Assembly (NCBI GenBank): GCA_016721245.1
Contig: JADKIQ010000004.1
Coordinates: 259,058-323,057, forward strand
Direction of reading: 5' to 3'
Origin: Sphingobacteriales bacterium
Lineage (GTDB): Bacteria > Bacteroidota > Bacteroidia > Chitinophagales > JADIYW01
Length of the DNA stretch: 64,000 nucleotides
Of this stretch, positions 1 to 10,782 are shown one piece after another. The position numbers and the translations under genes are program-made. The notes beneath the pieces were generated by a model that was not told where the DNA came from, searched no databases, and was given only the letters and a program-made list of their open reading frames with translations. Each line of letters opens with the position of its first letter. The stretch's first letter is position 1.

Positions 1-2
1 AC

Positions 3-3000
3 TGGCAAACAACAGCTTCCGGTACAACTATTAATACAGGTGTTAACGACCAACCTACATATAATGTAACCTCATCAGGAACCTATCATATCCGTTCTTA
101 TAACGGAAATTGTTGGAGTATAGGTGCAGGCAGTTTAGCAGTTACCGTCAATACGGTTCCAAGCGCATCTATTACACCCACTCCGGCAAATAGTGCAACG
201 GGTGTTTGTTATGCTGGTGTAGGAGCTGTGACTGCTGTTTCCTGGGCTGCAACGGCAACAGCTACTTCATATGATGTGTATTTCGGAGCGGGTTCACTAC
301 CAGGTACTGTAACGGCAAATGTTACGACTAATTCATGGACCATCAGGTACTTTATCAGCAAGTACCACATATTTTGGAAAGTGGCTAAAAATGCCTGCGG
401 CGATGCGGTAAGATCAACAAATTGGTCTTTACCAACAATGCTACCAGACTGCTATTGTGCTTCCAACAGGTGATGCTGGTGAAGGTATTACAGGTGTTAC
501 ATTTAATGCAATCATTAATACCGGAACTGGTTTTAATACTTATACTGATTATACCGAAACTCAAAGTACAACGGTAGAACCAGGCACAGCTTATAACTTA
601 AGTGTTTTTGTAAATACAGGAGGTAATTTTACAAACTATCAAAAAGCCTGGATTGATTGGAATCAAGATGGTGTATTTAACACAACCACTGAGGAATATA
701 CCTTAGGAACTGCTGTTAATGTAACTAATGGAATAAGTAGTTTGTGTCCATTTAGTATTACAGTTCCATCAGGTGCTACTTTAGGTACTACACGCATGAG
801 AGTTTCTTCAAGATTTAATGGATATGCAACTGCCTGTCAACCAGCTCATTTGGTGAAGCATGAAGATTATACAATTGTTGTGACAGCACCTACAGGCTGC
901 ACCGGTACACCATCAGGAGGCACTGTAACCGTGACACCAAGTGAAGGTGCACCTGCATCAACGTTATGCCGTATCGGCTACGGGTTATACCAGCGGTTTG
1001 GGTATAACTTATTTATGGCAATCCAACACCAATGGTGCGGGCTGGGTGGATATTGGTACGGCAAGTTCTACTTATGCTTCATTAACAGGTTTAACAGCAC
1101 CTGCGTTTGGTACAGTTATTCAATACAGATTACTGGTAACCTGTACTAATTCAAGTCAGAGTGCATACTCCTCTACAGGTACATTCACTTCCGGCTATTG
1201 TACACCATCCGGCAGCAACGGATCTTACTGGATCACTAATTTCACTACAACAACTGGTATCACTAATATCAACAATACATCCGCGGCTGGAGTAGGCGGT
1301 TTTTCTAATTTTACCGCTCAATCCTGTTCACAGTATCAGGGAAGTGCAGTCAATCTATCTATTTCTACGAATACAAGCACACATTATTTCTATGTGTGGG
1401 TTGACTGGAACAATGATGGTGATTTTGGTGACGCCGGTGAAGATATAGTAACATCTACTACAACATTCCTGTCTTCATACTCAGGATCATACACTATACC
1501 TTTAACACAAGCTGCAGGTTCTTACAGAATGAGGGTTGGACAAAACTGGTCAGCTACGATTCTTACTCCATGTGGTACTTCATCAAATGGAGAGTACGAA
1601 GATTATATCTTTACAGTAGTGGCATTACCTGCATGTTCGGGCACACCATCAGCGGGTACCGTTGTTTATAGTGGTGCGACCTTATGTGCGAATGTTGGTT
1701 CCGCAACAATTACTAATTCAGGTTTTACAACAGGATTTTCCGGTCTTACGTATCAATGGTTATCTTCCAATGATAATTTTGCCACCGATACCTCATCAGT
1801 ATCCGGAGGAAGTAATCCGGCTTCTTTAAGCACCGGAGCTTTAACTGCCACTACATCCTATTTAGTAAGAGCATTTTGTTCAAACAGCGGAATCTATTCC
1901 TATTCTAATAAGATTTCAGTTCCTGTGAACGCACCGGCCATTTCCACTACCGTACCGGCCTCCAGATGTGATGCCGGAACCTTAACTATTTCAGCAACAG
2001 GTACCAGTGGTTCTACTATCCGTTGGTACAGTGCAGTAACGGCTGGCACTTTGCTGCAAACGGGTACTGCCGGAAGCGGTGCAGATGCTTACACCACTGC
2101 CTCATTGCCATATACTTCTAATAATACCTATTATGTGGAAGCATTGAACGGAACATGTACCAGTATACCAAGAACTGCCGTAACGGCAAATGTGGTTCCG
2201 CCTACAACCAATCCAACGATTTCACCGATGCCAACTATTACTATTTGCCGTGACAGTATATTAACGCTTAATGCAAGTGGCAGTACAGTTGCAACCACTA
2301 CATTGCTTAATGAAGGATTTGAGAGTACAACTTTCCTTCCCAGTACATTTAATATACCAACACCTAACGGGGATGGTGATTATTTCCAATCGAGTAGTTA
2401 TTATTTTGAAGGAACCAAAGCAATAGGTCTGTATTCTGAAACGGACTTTTGGGATTGGTTCGGACTTTTTGGTGAAGCAGGGAATGTGAATATGGTACAA
2501 GCTACTCCAATGGATTTAAGCAGCTATCTGGATGCTAAACTGACATTCTATCACATCTGTGCTACAGAAGATGGATATGACTTTGGTATTGTTCAGTACA
2601 ATGATGGAACTGGCTGGAAGAATTTCCCTTCTTCCGCTTATACCGGATCAGCTACGCTTGCAGATGCTAATGGAAACTTATCAATAACGGATCAGGTAGC
2701 ATTCGATAAAGCAAGTTATAGTGACTGGGATGCTACCTTTACTGATGATTTATATGATTATTTAGATCTAAGTGCAACTGGTTATGATCCTGGTAATTCA
2801 TCTGCTTTATGGAAGAGAGAATCAATTGATTTGACACCATTTATGACAAATAATTTCCGGGTACGTTTCAGATATACTTTTGATGATGTTACAGATTATT
2901 ACGGATGGTTGATTGACAGTATTGCTATTACCGGTAATCAGGCTATTAAATATGCGTGGTCGCCAAATACCGGCTTATACACCAATGCTGCTGCAACCAC

Positions 3001-4513
3001 AGCGTATGATTCTTTGACGACACCGAATGCAGCAACAGTATATGCAAAACCTACAGCAACCACAACATACAAGGCTATAGCTTATACCGGACCTGCTCCT
3101 GCTACCTGCAGTGGAAATGCCAGTGTGACTGTCAATGTGACTCAAAAACCAACGGCTACTATCAATGCAGCCAGACCATACTTATGTGATGCAACGGCTC
3201 AATTATCTGTAAGTGCTCTAACTCCTCCAACTGCTACCATAAACTGGACAAATGCATCCGGAACAGGTAGTGCATCTGCTACGGGTTCACCTGCCACGGT
3301 TTCAGGATTGGCCGGTACTACCGTTTATAATGTAAAAGCAACGGATGGAGTGTGTGTAGATGTTCCATTAGGTACCTCAACAGTAGTAACCCCATCAGTA
3401 GATAACTCGAGCATAGCTACTTCACCATCAGCCGGTGTGTCTGTATGTAACTATTGTGTTTATCAGGATGGTAATACAAAAACCTATTATAACAGTACAG
3501 ATGGTAAAATCATTGCATCCATTACCGATGAAACCAGTAATGCCGCAAGTTTGGGTGAAACGGAAATATGCTTTAAGGCATTATCCGGACCGGGAAGTGT
3601 TACAGATAATTTAGGATATACCCAGCCATATTTAGGAAGGGTTTGGACGATACATCCTGCGGCAGGTTCTAGAGCACTGGTCACACTTTACTTTACAGAC
3701 GCTGAATTAGCAGCATTACAGGCAGCAGCGAATTCAGGTCCGTATCAGTTTTCTGGTTACTATTCCTTGTCATTGACAAAATATTCTAATGGAGGTAGTA
3801 CTTTCACGCCTGATTACACAGCACCTGCGTCAACAGGGGGTACGGGAGTTAGTGGAAACTTTAGTTCGTTTAATACAACGGACCATAAGGTTCAGTTTGC
3901 AGTTGATGATTTTTCAACATTCTACATTCATCCGGTATTGTATCCGTTTGCAGCATTGCCTGTTGAACTCGTATCTTTTACAGGATGGAATGCCGGAGAG
4001 AAAAACGAGTTAGAATGGAAAACTGCTTCAGAATTAAATACACTTAAGTTTGTAGTAGAAAAGAAAATTGACGGCGGCAGCTTTACATATTTAGGTGAAC
4101 TACCTGCAGCGGGTAACTCCAGTCAGTTACGAACGTACAATTTTTCTGATTTGAATCCTGTTGTTGGTAATAATTATTACAGATTAAAAATAATTGACAC
4201 AGATGGTAAATTCTCTTACAGCAATATTATCAATGTTCCGTTAAGTGAAGTATTGACCAATAATTTTGTGAGCGTATATCCGAATCCAACGGGTGGAGAA
4301 TTAAATGTTGGCATTCAGTCTACAGCTGCATACGATACGAAAGTGCTGGTGTATGACGTTATCGGCACGAAGATGTTTGAACAAAACAAAGATCTTATAA
4401 AAGGATTGAATACCGTTCAATTTGATTTCAGTTCATTTGCAAAAGGTGCATACATTTTACACTTTACAGATAATAACGGTAAAACACATACAACAAAATT
4501 TGTGAAAGAATAA
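3..4513 (+). pseudogene. T9SS-secreted multidomain surface protein (GEVED-type modules, Ig-like repeats, type-A Por C-terminal sorting domain). The 5' end lies outside the window and the frame is broken by single-nt indels or sequencing errors.
   Basis: Coherent protein sequence continues across three frames (3-473, 457-1149, 941-4513). It has repeated 'W(I/V)DWNxDG(V/D)F ... (H/Y)EDY' modules, an 'IRWYSAVTAGT' Ig-like repeat, and a C-terminal 'VYPNPTGGELNV...' sorting domain. Confidence 0.7.
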
Positions 4514-4531
4514 ATAGAATTACTGATTTTT

Positions 4532-4563
4532 AAAGTCCTTACACTTGTAAGGACTTTTTTTTT
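4532..4563 (+). terminator. Rho-independent terminator of the surface-protein gene
   Basis: An 11-bp perfect stem (aaagtccttac 4532-4542 / gtaaggacttt 4547-4557) with a 4-nt loop, followed by a T-run to 4563. Confidence 0.8.
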
Positions 4564-4892
4564 GCAGATTTCTTGATAAAAAATAAGAAAATATATTTTG
4601 CTGTTGACAATTCAGTTTATTGTTTCTAATATTGGCAATATGGTTGAACTTTACACTCCTTTACACTTTCTTTCATTTCTTATTAATTCTCCTTGCCAAA
4701 GAGTTTTAAAAGATAATATCTCATTTGTGTACAGCAATTCTGTATTTCCTGTAGGTAGTACTCTTTGTAAAATAAGTGATTCGTTTACACAATTCTTTTA
4801 TTTAAAAAATAATTATTCCATCAGAATGGAATGATTACATACTGCTCATCCGAAAGAAAATTGAAAGTCTGAAACATAAAGACAAAAACCCC

Positions 4893-4932
4893 AAAAAAGA
4901 AAGCCGCAATATAATTGCGGCTTCTTTTTTTT
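4893..4932. terminator. Bidirectional hairpin terminator downstream of ftsE
   Basis: A 10-bp stem (aagccgcaat 4901-4910 / attgcggctt 4914-4923) with an A-run on the left and a T-run on the right. Confidence 0.7.
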
Positions 4933-4942
4933 CTGAAAATAA

Positions 4943-5674
4943 TTATCTCACAAAATGTGAATCATCTCTGCTGATGGAGTTGTAGCCGCACATATAAATG
5001 ATGCCGGGATATTTTTCAATCAGCTGATAATTATGTGTAGCAAAAATCATGGGTGTTTGTGTTTCTTTGAAAATGGAATAAAATAAATTCATGATTTCAT
5101 CTGTGGTTTCCGGATCTAAATTGCCGGTAGGTTCATCGGCTAAAATTAATTCCGGATGATTAAGCAGTGCACGTGCTATAACAACGCGCTGTTGTTCGCC
5201 ACCGGAAAGCTGACTCGGATATTTCTGTGTTTTATCCGTTAGTTTTACCATTTCCAGCGATTCTTCAATCGTGGTTTTTATTTTAGATTTATCTGTCCAG
5301 CCGATAGCGCGCAGCACAAATTCCAGGTTGTCAAAAATATTTCTGTCAGACAGTAATTGGAAATCCTGAAACACGATTCCCAGTCGTCTGCGCAGATTGG
5401 GTACATCCGATTTTTTCAGCGTTTTTAAATTATAACCGCATACATCTGCCTCACCAATATTGAATTCCAAATCGCCATATAAGGTTTTGAGTAAACTGCT
5501 TTTTCCGCTGCCGGTTCTTCCGATCAGATAAACGAAATCACCTTTGCGTACTTCAAAATTTACATTGTCCAGCACCAAATGTTTATGATGCATAATTTTT
5601 GCATTCTTAATGTCTACCACTCGGGGCATTATCTTAGATACTATTGGATTATTTATTTCTACGACCTGACTCAT
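4943..5674 (-). CDS. ftsE: Cell-division ABC transporter ATP-binding protein FtsE
   Basis: Walker A 'GRTGSGKSS', ABC signature 'LSGGEQQR' and Walker B 'ILADEPT', about 240 aa. The internal ATG at 5674 (MSQVV...) is preferred over the ORF-track start at 5704. Confidence 0.85.
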   Translation of the reverse strand: MSQVVEINNPIVSKIMPRVVDIKNAKIMHHKHLVLDNVNFEVRKGDFVYLIGRTGSGKSSLLKTLYGDLEFNIGEADVCGYNLKTLKKSDVPNLRRRLGIVFQDFQLLSDRNIFDNLEFVLRAIGWTDKSKIKTTIEESLEMVKLTDKTQKYPSQLSGGEQQRVVIARALLNHPELILADEPTGNLDPETTDEIMNLFYSIFKETQTPMIFATHNYQLIEKYPGIIYMCGYNSISRDDSHFVR

Positions 5675-5789
5675 TTTAATTCGTTTATAGTTTTCAATTT
5701 GCAATTAGCAACCTTATTTATTGCACACTACAAATTTTGGTATAAAAATAGGTAAAATTTAGGTGCAGGATTTCGTATTTTTGCCCATT

Positions 5790-6821
5790 ATGTTAACAAA
5801 TGATTTGCTTTTAAGAGCCGCCAGAGGCGAAAATACCGAAAGAATTCCGGTGTGGCTGATGAGACAAGCCGGACGTATTTTACCTGAATACAGAGCTGTG
5901 AGAAGCAGTGTAAACGGTTTTAAAGAGTTGGTAAAGAATCCTGAATTGATTTGCGAAGTAACAATACAGCCGGTAGATATTCTTGGCGTAGATGCAGCAA
6001 TAATTTTCTCGGATATTCTGGTGATACCGGAAGCCATGGGGCTGAATTATGAAATGATTGAAAGTAAAGGTCCGTTTTTTCCAAAAACTATAAAAAGCAG
6101 TGCGGATGTAGAGCAGTTGACAACGGATGTGTTACCGAATCTGCAATATGTTTTTGAATCTATCAAACTGACTAAGGCTGCCTTGAACAATCGTGTGCCG
6201 CTGATTGGTTTTGCGGGTGCACCGTGGACGATATTCTCGTACATGATAGAAGGAAAAGGCAGCAAGACATTTTCGGAAGCTAAGAAAATGCTGTATGTGA
6301 ATCCTGTCTTATCACATCTCTTACTGGAAAAAATTACACAGTCAACCATTTCGTATTTAAAAGAACAAATCAGAAACGGTGCAGATATTGTGCAGGTGTT
6401 TGACAGCTGGGCAGGTGTGCTGAGTAAAGCACAGTACATAGAATTCGCATTGCCGTATATGAAAAAGATTACGGATGCCATCACGGAAGTGCCGGTGATT
6501 TTATTTGCGAAAGATGCGCATTATATCATAGAAGAATTTGCGCAAACGAATTGTTCGGTTATTGGCTTAGACTGGACCATAGAGCCTCAGAAGGCGAGGA
6601 GCGAAGCCCCTAATAAAACTTTACAGGGTAATCTGGATCCGTGTGTGTTGTATGCGGATAAAGAAATGATAAAAGCGGAAGCAGAAAAAATGCTGCGTGC
6701 CTTTGGAAAACAAAATTATATCTGCAACCTGGGGCATGGTGTTTACCCGGATGTTGACTTCGAAAAAGCTAAGTACTTTATAGAAGTGGTGCAAGAATTT
6801 CAGGTAAGTAGTTTTTTGTAA
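5790..6821 (+). CDS. hemE: Uroporphyrinogen decarboxylase
   Basis: N-terminal '[29 protein letters not shown]' is the HemE hallmark. The length is about 343 aa from the ATG at 5790. Confidence 0.9.
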   Translation: MLTNDLLLRAARGENTERIPVWLMRQAGRILPEYRAVRSSVNGFKELVKNPELICEVTIQPVDILGVDAAIIFSDILVIPEAMGLNYEMIESKGPFFPKTIKSSADVEQLTTDVLPNLQYVFESIKLTKAALNNRVPLIGFAGAPWTIFSYMIEGKGSKTFSEAKKMLYVNPVLSHLLLEKITQSTISYLKEQIRNGADIVQVFDSWAGVLSKAQYIEFALPYMKKITDAITEVPVILFAKDAHYIIEEFAQTNCSVIGLDWTIEPQKARSEAPNKTLQGNLDPCVLYADKEMIKAEAEKMLRAFGKQNYICNLGHGVYPDVDFEKAKYFIEVVQEFQVSSFL

Positions 6822-6924
6822 CTACAGCTATTTTCCTGAACGACAAACATTTGGAAGTGATGGCGCTGGAGGAGAATGACAGGATACAGTCTTAAGGAAT
6901 AAGGAACAAAGTAATAAAAAATAA

Positions 6925-6958
6925 AAAAAGCAAGAAGATAAAATACTTCTTGCTTTTT
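6925..6958. terminator. Bidirectional terminator between convergent hemE and the RRM gene
   Basis: A 13-bp stem (aaaaagcaagaag 6925-6937 / cttcttgcttttt 6946-6958) with an 8-nt loop. The A and T runs are built into the stem ends. Confidence 0.7.
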
Positions 6959-6997
6959 ACTTACTACTTACTCCTTACTACTTATTCCTTACTATAT

Positions 6998-7408
6998 TTA
7001 TCTGCCACGTCTTCCGCCGCCTTTAGGATTGCTGCGGGCAGAACCGGCTCCTCTGGTGGAGCCGCGCTGAAAGCCGCTCTTGCCCGGAAATTCTTTTTTT
7101 GCTTTATCAAAATCACCTTTGAAATTGGTGCCGCCTTTTCCGAATCTCTTTTTCTTGTTGTCCGGTTCTTTTTCTTCAGAAACGGTTACGATAATGGTGC
7201 GTCCCATAATTTCTTTACCATTCAGTGCATCAATGGCCAGTTTTGCTTCGTGATGGTTGGGCATCACCACAAAACCAAATCCTTTATTTTGTCGCGTAAT
7301 TTTATCCATAATGATTTTTACGGATTCCACTTCACCAAATTCTTCAAATAAGGCTCTCAGTTGATCACTTTTTATTTTAAACGGCAGACTGCCTGCGAAA
7401 ATGTCCAT
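6998..7408 (-). CDS. RRM-type RNA-binding protein with a Gly/Arg-rich tail
   Basis: RNP2 'IFAGSL', RNP1 'KGFGFVVM' and a C-terminal 'GGGRRGR' tail. The start is set at the ATG at 7408 (MDIFAGSL); the upstream part of the ORF only translates a palindromic repeat. Confidence 0.85.
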   Translation of the reverse strand: MDIFAGSLPFKIKSDQLRALFEEFGEVESVKIIMDKITRQNKGFGFVVMPNHHEAKLAIDALNGKEIMGRTIIVTVSEEKEPDNKKKRFGKGGTNFKGDFDKAKKEFPGKSGFQRGSTRGAGSARSNPKGGGRRGR

Positions 7409-7454
7409 TGTATCTAATTTGATGTAAAAGTACGCATAATTATGCTTTATTTTT

Positions 7455-7541
7455 ACCTCTCCCCAAGTCAGGCATTGCCTGACTTTTCCCCTCTCCATTT
7501 GGAGAGGGGTGAGCTCGACAAAGTCGAGGGCGGGGTGAGGT
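7455..7541. repeat. 87-nt compound palindromic element: an outer stem enclosing three hairpins
   Basis: Outer stem acctctcccc 7455-7464 / ggggtgaggt 7532-7541 (1 mismatch). Inner hairpins are 7465-7485 (9 bp), 7488-7509 (9 bp, cccctctcc/ggagagggg) and 7514-7528 (6 bp). Confidence 0.7.
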
Positions 7542-7544
7542 ATA

Positions 7545-7573
7545 TAAAAAAATCCCGGAACAAGTCCGGGATT
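7545..7573 (-). terminator. Rho-independent terminator of the 7617..8036 gene
   Basis: Stem aatcccgga 7551-7559 / tccgggatt 7565-7573. The A-run at 7546-7552 on the plus strand becomes a U-tract after the hairpin on the minus strand. Confidence 0.7.
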
Positions 7574-7616
7574 CACATAACATCATTTAAACTTCAAAGA
7601 ATTAAACCAAAACTAT

Positions 7617-8036
7617 TTAGGCTTTGATAGATTTTAAGATTTTGCTGAATTCATCATAACTTTTCAGTTGTGCTAAATTCGGGTCGTTTTGTGCTTGTGT
7701 ACTGTTGTTGAAACCTGCTTTTACAGCTTCTTTCAATGCTTTTAAAGCATAAAACATTTCGTTGGTTTGTGTTAATGCACAGGCTTTGTTGTACATGATG
7801 GTGGCATACACAGACGTGTAGTTTGCTTTTTCTTTGTCGGATAATAAGTTGTAGCTGTTTAACCATGCTTCGATGGTTTTGTTTGCATTTTCAAACTTCT
7901 TTTCTCCGATGTACTTGGCAGACATATCCTGCATTTGCTGTGAGTACGTTTCAAACTGAGAAACATTTACGGTTGGTTTTGCGATAGCAATTGAGCAAGC
8001 GATGCCCAGGGCTATCAAAAGTGATAACTTTTTCAT
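7617..8036 (-). CDS. Hypothetical secreted helical (TPR-like) protein
   Basis: Signal peptide 'MKKLSLLIALGIACSIAIA' followed by Ala/Lys/Asn-rich helical sequence. I recognise no family. Confidence 0.5.
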   Translation of the reverse strand: MKKLSLLIALGIACSIAIAKPTVNVSQFETYSQQMQDMSAKYIGEKKFENANKTIEAWLNSYNLLSDKEKANYTSVYATIMYNKACALTQTNEMFYALKALKEAVKAGFNNSTQAQNDPNLAQLKSYDEFSKILKSIKA

Positions 8037-8170
8037 TGTTTTTGTTTTTAAAGTGTTTAGATTATTTTTTAGTATTGTTCAATAGAACGTTCAAGATTTT
8101 ATTTTTTTTTATTTGTCTTAAAGACAAGCAACTTATTACAAAGTTGCCTGCCTTTAACAAATTTTAAGAG

Positions 8171-9955
8171 TTAATCGATAGCTATTAATTCACCGTTTAC
8201 CATTTTGAAGATATAGTGCTGACGTTGCAGACTGTTTTCAAATTCATCATTCAGCGTATCATCTATTTCATCCTGCGCATTTTCTAATTTTTCTCTTGCT
8301 TCATCAATTTTTTCCTGAGCTTTATCCAGCGCAGCGTTTACATCTTCGTTGTCAGAATCAATGTTGATGACAATTTTAGAACCTTTGGTTGAGTCACCAT
8401 TTTTGCTGGTTTTAATTTCAATTTTGTGGTTTGCACTTGGCGGTAAAGGCGGCATTGGAGGCATCGGAGGAACTGCTCCTGTTACGTTATCCCAGTTGAT
8501 AGCCAATTTATCTACATCCATGTATTTTTCAGTACGTGCATCCCAACGGATGATCTTGCCTTCCGGTACGTATACTTTAATTTTCAGTTTCTGATTTCTG
8601 TATTTGATTTTGCTGTTTTCAAACTGAATGTACGGATCGATAATCAGTTTGTTGTTGATTTGAGAAACCGTATGTGTAAATGTTGTAGCGTTTTTGATAG
8701 CGTCTTTATCATCACTTCCGTTGGCAGAAAACTCTTTCACTACAGAGAATGAATCATTGGCACTCGGGTAGATTTCAATTTCTACCGGGAAGAATTTATC
8801 ATTGTGTTCGTTGATGAAATCAAATAAATCTCCCAGGCCGCTTATGTTTACGTTGTCATATTTTTCATCCAGTATTGCCGGGTTGATGCTTAATTGCAGG
8901 GTATCCGATTTGTATCCGTAATTTAACGGGAATGTCTGGTTTACTTTTTTCTTTTCACTCACTAATTTCTTTGCATTATAGCCACTGATGTTTAATAATA
9001 ACAATCCGAAAAGGAATAAACCTACTAATGGAAACACTACTTTTTTAGTAAGCGGTTTTAATTTTTTAGAAAGCACATGTACCAATGCTGTTATACCAAA
9101 TATCAATGGAATAATACATACGAGTAAAGCACCTGCACCTAAGAACCATCCGTCAGCAGAGCTGGTGAAGAAGTAATTATTTACAACCGGAATTCCAAAT
9201 AGTGCTAATACGGAAAATACAATAGCTGCTACAAATAAGGAGAATATCATAATGCTGCCGATTACGATGGCGAAAGCAATGCCAATCCACAACAGAATTT
9301 TAAAGAACATCATAACACCTGCACCGAAGAAGGATATAATTTGATTGAAAATTCCTTTGGATTTTACATTCACGGTTTCCACGTTAATGCTTTTCACGAT
9401 GTTATCCAGAGTTACAGGTTCACCTTTCATTTCCAGTTTTTGCGTAGCCGTTTCTGCTTTTGGCATAATCAAACTCAGGATAATGTAAATAAGAATAGGA
9501 GAGCCTATACCAATAAAGGTTAAGCCGATAAATAATAAACGCATCCAGATGGCGTCGTTGATACCAAAGTATGCACTTAAGCCGGCACAAACACCGGTAA
9601 TTAAGCCGCCGTCAAAATCTCTGTACAAGCGTTTGCCGCCAGGAATTTGTGTAGTAGTTTGTTGACTGCCGGATGCTGTATTGTTTTCGGTTTTTGCATC
9701 TTCATCAAATTCCTGTGGGTTACCCATCATATTTACAACTTCTGTAGTATCTGCTTTAGTAACGATGTAGTTTTTCCCTTTTGCCAGAAATAACTCGGCA
9801 AAGCGGGCTTCAATATCGCGGATGATTTCATCTTTATCGTCTTCGTTTGCATAAAACGTGCGAAGCGAGTTGAAATAGCCGGATAAATGTTCGTACGCAT
9901 CTTCATTAATGTTGAAGATTTGTCCTGCTAGGTTTATATTGAAAGTCTTTATCAT
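8171..9955 (-). CDS. PspC domain-containing membrane protein
   Basis: PspC motif 'LYRDFDGGLITGVCAGLSAYFGINDAIWMRLLFI', multiple TM segments, and a position directly downstream of PadR. Confidence 0.8.
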   Translation of the reverse strand: MIKTFNINLAGQIFNINEDAYEHLSGYFNSLRTFYANEDDKDEIIRDIEARFAELFLAKGKNYIVTKADTTEVVNMMGNPQEFDEDAKTENNTASGSQQTTTQIPGGKRLYRDFDGGLITGVCAGLSAYFGINDAIWMRLLFIGLTFIGIGSPILIYIILSLIMPKAETATQKLEMKGEPVTLDNIVKSINVETVNVKSKGIFNQIISFFGAGVMMFFKILLWIGIAFAIVIGSIMIFSLFVAAIVFSVLALFGIPVVNNYFFTSSADGWFLGAGALLVCIIPLIFGITALVHVLSKKLKPLTKKVVFPLVGLFLFGLLLLNISGYNAKKLVSEKKKVNQTFPLNYGYKSDTLQLSINPAILDEKYDNVNISGLGDLFDFINEHNDKFFPVEIEIYPSANDSFSVVKEFSANGSDDKDAIKNATTFTHTVSQINNKLIIDPYIQFENSKIKYRNQKLKIKVYVPEGKIIRWDARTEKYMDVDKLAINWDNVTGAVPPMPPMPPLPPSANHKIEIKTSKNGDSTKGSKIVINIDSDNEDVNAALDKAQEKIDEAREKLENAQDEIDDTLNDEFENSLQRQHYIFKMVNGELIAID

Positions 9956-9997
9956 GACGTTTATTTTTATTGTTTAGTTGATTTATAGTTTTTGGTT

Positions 9998-10372
9998 TTA
10001 GATTGAATTGTTTTCCGATTTATGATAGTTGGTGGCTGCATCTGCTGCATCCGAAAGTTCATTCCAGGTTTGTTTTAACTCTTCAAAGGCCGTTGTTCCT
10101 TCTAAAGTTAAAGTGAAATATTTTCTCGGAGGGCCTGAAGTGGATTCTTTCCATTCATAGGTAAGCAATCCAGCATTTTTAAGTCTGGTCAACAGCGGAT
10201 AAACAGTGCCTTCCACTACTAACATGTTGGCGTTTTTCAGTGCATCTAATATATCAGAAGCATACACTTCGCCGCGTGAGATGATACCGAGGATGCAAAA
10301 TTCCAGGATGCCTTTGCGCATTTGAACTTTTGTATTTTCGATACTAAACGCTGATGATGATGGTGTTGTCAT
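9998..10372 (-). CDS. PadR family transcriptional regulator
   Basis: Winged-helix PadR signature 'ILEFCILGIISRGEVYASDILDAL...VVEGTVYPLLTRLKNAGLLTYEW'. Confidence 0.85.
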   Translation of the reverse strand: MTTPSSSAFSIENTKVQMRKGILEFCILGIISRGEVYASDILDALKNANMLVVEGTVYPLLTRLKNAGLLTYEWKESTSGPPRKYFTLTLEGTTAFEELKQTWNELSDAADAATNYHKSENNSI

Positions 10373-10434
10373 ATTTTTTAAATTAATGAATTATTGATTT
10401 ATTGAATTCTTGAATTTTTGTAAGCTGTTAGTCA

Positions 10435-10782
10435 CTATTTATTCAACGTAAGTTTCATAGAGTATACTTTTCCCGGTACCGGATTGAAATTGTAAGAAGT
10501 GCTTTCGATAAATTTCACTACTTCACTTTTTGCCTGCTGGCTGTCACTGTTGATGTAGGTGATGTACGGTTTACCGTTTTCTTCGATGATGTAATCCACA
10601 TCTACAGAAGTTACTTCTTCCTGTGCTTCTGTGTTTTTAACGAATTCGTCCGTAAAGTTGATTTTCTCAACAACGATTTCATTTCTTTCGATTCTGCAGT
10701 TTTTTGCATTTTTAGCAGAAGCGTTGGTAGCGAGTGCAGGTAACATTACAAATGTCAAGGCTGCGATAATTAGATTGTTCAT
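10435..10782 (-). CDS. Hypothetical small secreted protein
   Basis: From the ATG at 10782 the protein starts 'MNNLIIAALTFVMLPALATNASA' (signal peptide). I recognise no family. Confidence 0.45.
   Translation of the reverse strand: MNNLIIAALTFVMLPALATNASAKNAKNCRIERNEIVVEKINFTDEFVKNTEAQEEVTSVDVDYIIEENGKPYITYINSDSQQAKSEVVKFIESTSYNFNPVPGKVYSMKLTLNK

Noticed and set aside
4598-4834. A 78-aa ORF in the orphan interval
   Set aside because: It has a TTG start in the ORF track, no recognisable domain, signal peptide or RBS/promoter context, and a composition typical of non-coding AT-rich DNA.
7455-7541. A cloverleaf of an outer stem plus three hairpins that superficially resembles a tRNA
   Set aside because: The stems are 9-10 bp with 3-4-nt loops. 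There is no 7-nt anticodon loop, no GTTC T-loop and no D-loop features, and 87 nt with this geometry does not fit a tRNA. It is treated as a palindromic element or leader structure.
7409-7627. An N-terminal extension of ORF 6998..7576 and the opposite-strand ORF 7442..7627
   Set aside because: Both merely translate the palindromic element and terminator (giving 'PLQMERGKV' and 'PLHLERGEL' type peptides). The RRM protein begins naturally at the ATG at 7408 with its RNP2 motif.
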